From contig JAUCBJ010007470.1 in the NCBI GenBank assembly GCA_032718475.1, positions 1 through 64,000 on the forward strand: DNA of 64,000 bases, given 5' to 3'. The stretch comes from Nemertoderma westbladi. Lineage: Eukaryota > Animalia > Xenacoelomorpha. A program made the position numbers and the translations under genes. Shown in pieces: positions 63,180-64,000 of this stretch (positions are counted from its first letter, which is position 1; each line of letters opens with the position of its first letter). The notes beneath the pieces are model-generated. The model did no database searches. It was not told where the DNA came from and worked only from the letters and a program-made list of their open reading frames with translations.

Positions 63180-64000
63180 ACTACTCCATACTACCACCAC
63201 CACCTCCTCCACCACTACCACCACTACTCCATATCCCCCATGTATTTCGGGCGATCATCCGCATCTTCAAGGCCAGCGTCCTTTAAGATGCACCTCAAGA
63301 AAGTCATGGACCGTCCACCATGCTTCTTATTCACTCCATGAGGCCGCCAAAGCACACGATTTTGCACAGGCTGGTCCTTACGGTGAAGGCAATGCCCTGC
63401 AAAGCGGGGGTGGCTTTGTTCAAGTGTCAAGCTTGGGGGGGGGGGGGGGATGAGACACCTCCAATGTTATATAGTGTCTGGTTGGAGATGTGTGCATTGT
63501 ACTTGACAAAATGAACCCGACGTAGCATTCTTGTATATTGACCATCCAGAGATTTGGTGTCCTCAGCAGTTAGAGCCCAGCATGGACTCCCGTAGAGGAG
63601 TACTGGAACTACTGCTGCTCTAAATAATCGGACCTTAAGATTCCGATTAATTCTGTGTGACTTCCAAATCCGGGAAATCCTATTCAAGGCTGCCCTGCCC
63701 ATGCCTTTCCCTTACGTATTCGAAAGACCTCACCTGACTTCCGAATCCATGATCCCAAGTAACAGAAGTTGTACACATGCTCAAGCAACCCTCCTTTCAG
63801 CATAGACTCATATGATCAGACATTTCCTGAGGACTTTCAAAGTTGACTATCAAAATTTTGGTATTCTTTGAGTTAACAAAAAGACTAACACTAGAAGCAT
63901 CCTGTTTTAATGAGCTAAGGAGCCATTGTGCTCACTCTAGTGATTCTGAGAGTACTCCTAAGTCATCAGCAAAGTCTAGATCAGTTAGGTACTTGGCTGG
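63180..64000 (-). mobile_element. Degenerate RTE LINE, running off the window
   Basis: DLDFADDL, SRIWKS, VLLYGS, RFAGH; (TGG/TAG)n tail. Confidence 0.8.

Overview
AT-rich, repeat-dense animal (probably invertebrate) genomic DNA. The first third is a three-level nest of transposons. A full-length RTE LINE (ORF restorable to 1014 aa) is split by a 16-kb BEL/Pao-type LTR element (3369-19404, TSD GCCAG, apparently identical LTRs). That element encodes Gag-protease plus an unknown ORF but no RT or integrase. Its 5' LTR is in turn split by a CMC/EnSpm-type DNA transposon carrying a 5-exon accessory gene. The most striking feature is that the LTR element has no tRNA-type PBS: the 12 nt abutting the 5' LTR are perfectly complementary to a 12-mer inside the LTR, the geometry of Tf1-like self-priming. 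Host genes are a divergent pentameric ligand-gated ion channel subunit (second Cys-loop cysteine missing, GG at one splice donor), SERBP1/HABP4, an SMYD methyltransferase and an orphan 148-aa ORF. The rest is LINE fossils (RTE, CRE, CR1/L2-like), MITEs, Helitron-like repeats, a tRNA-SINE, minisatellites and abundant TA-flanked excision-footprint-like motifs. All alignments were done by eye, with no database searches.
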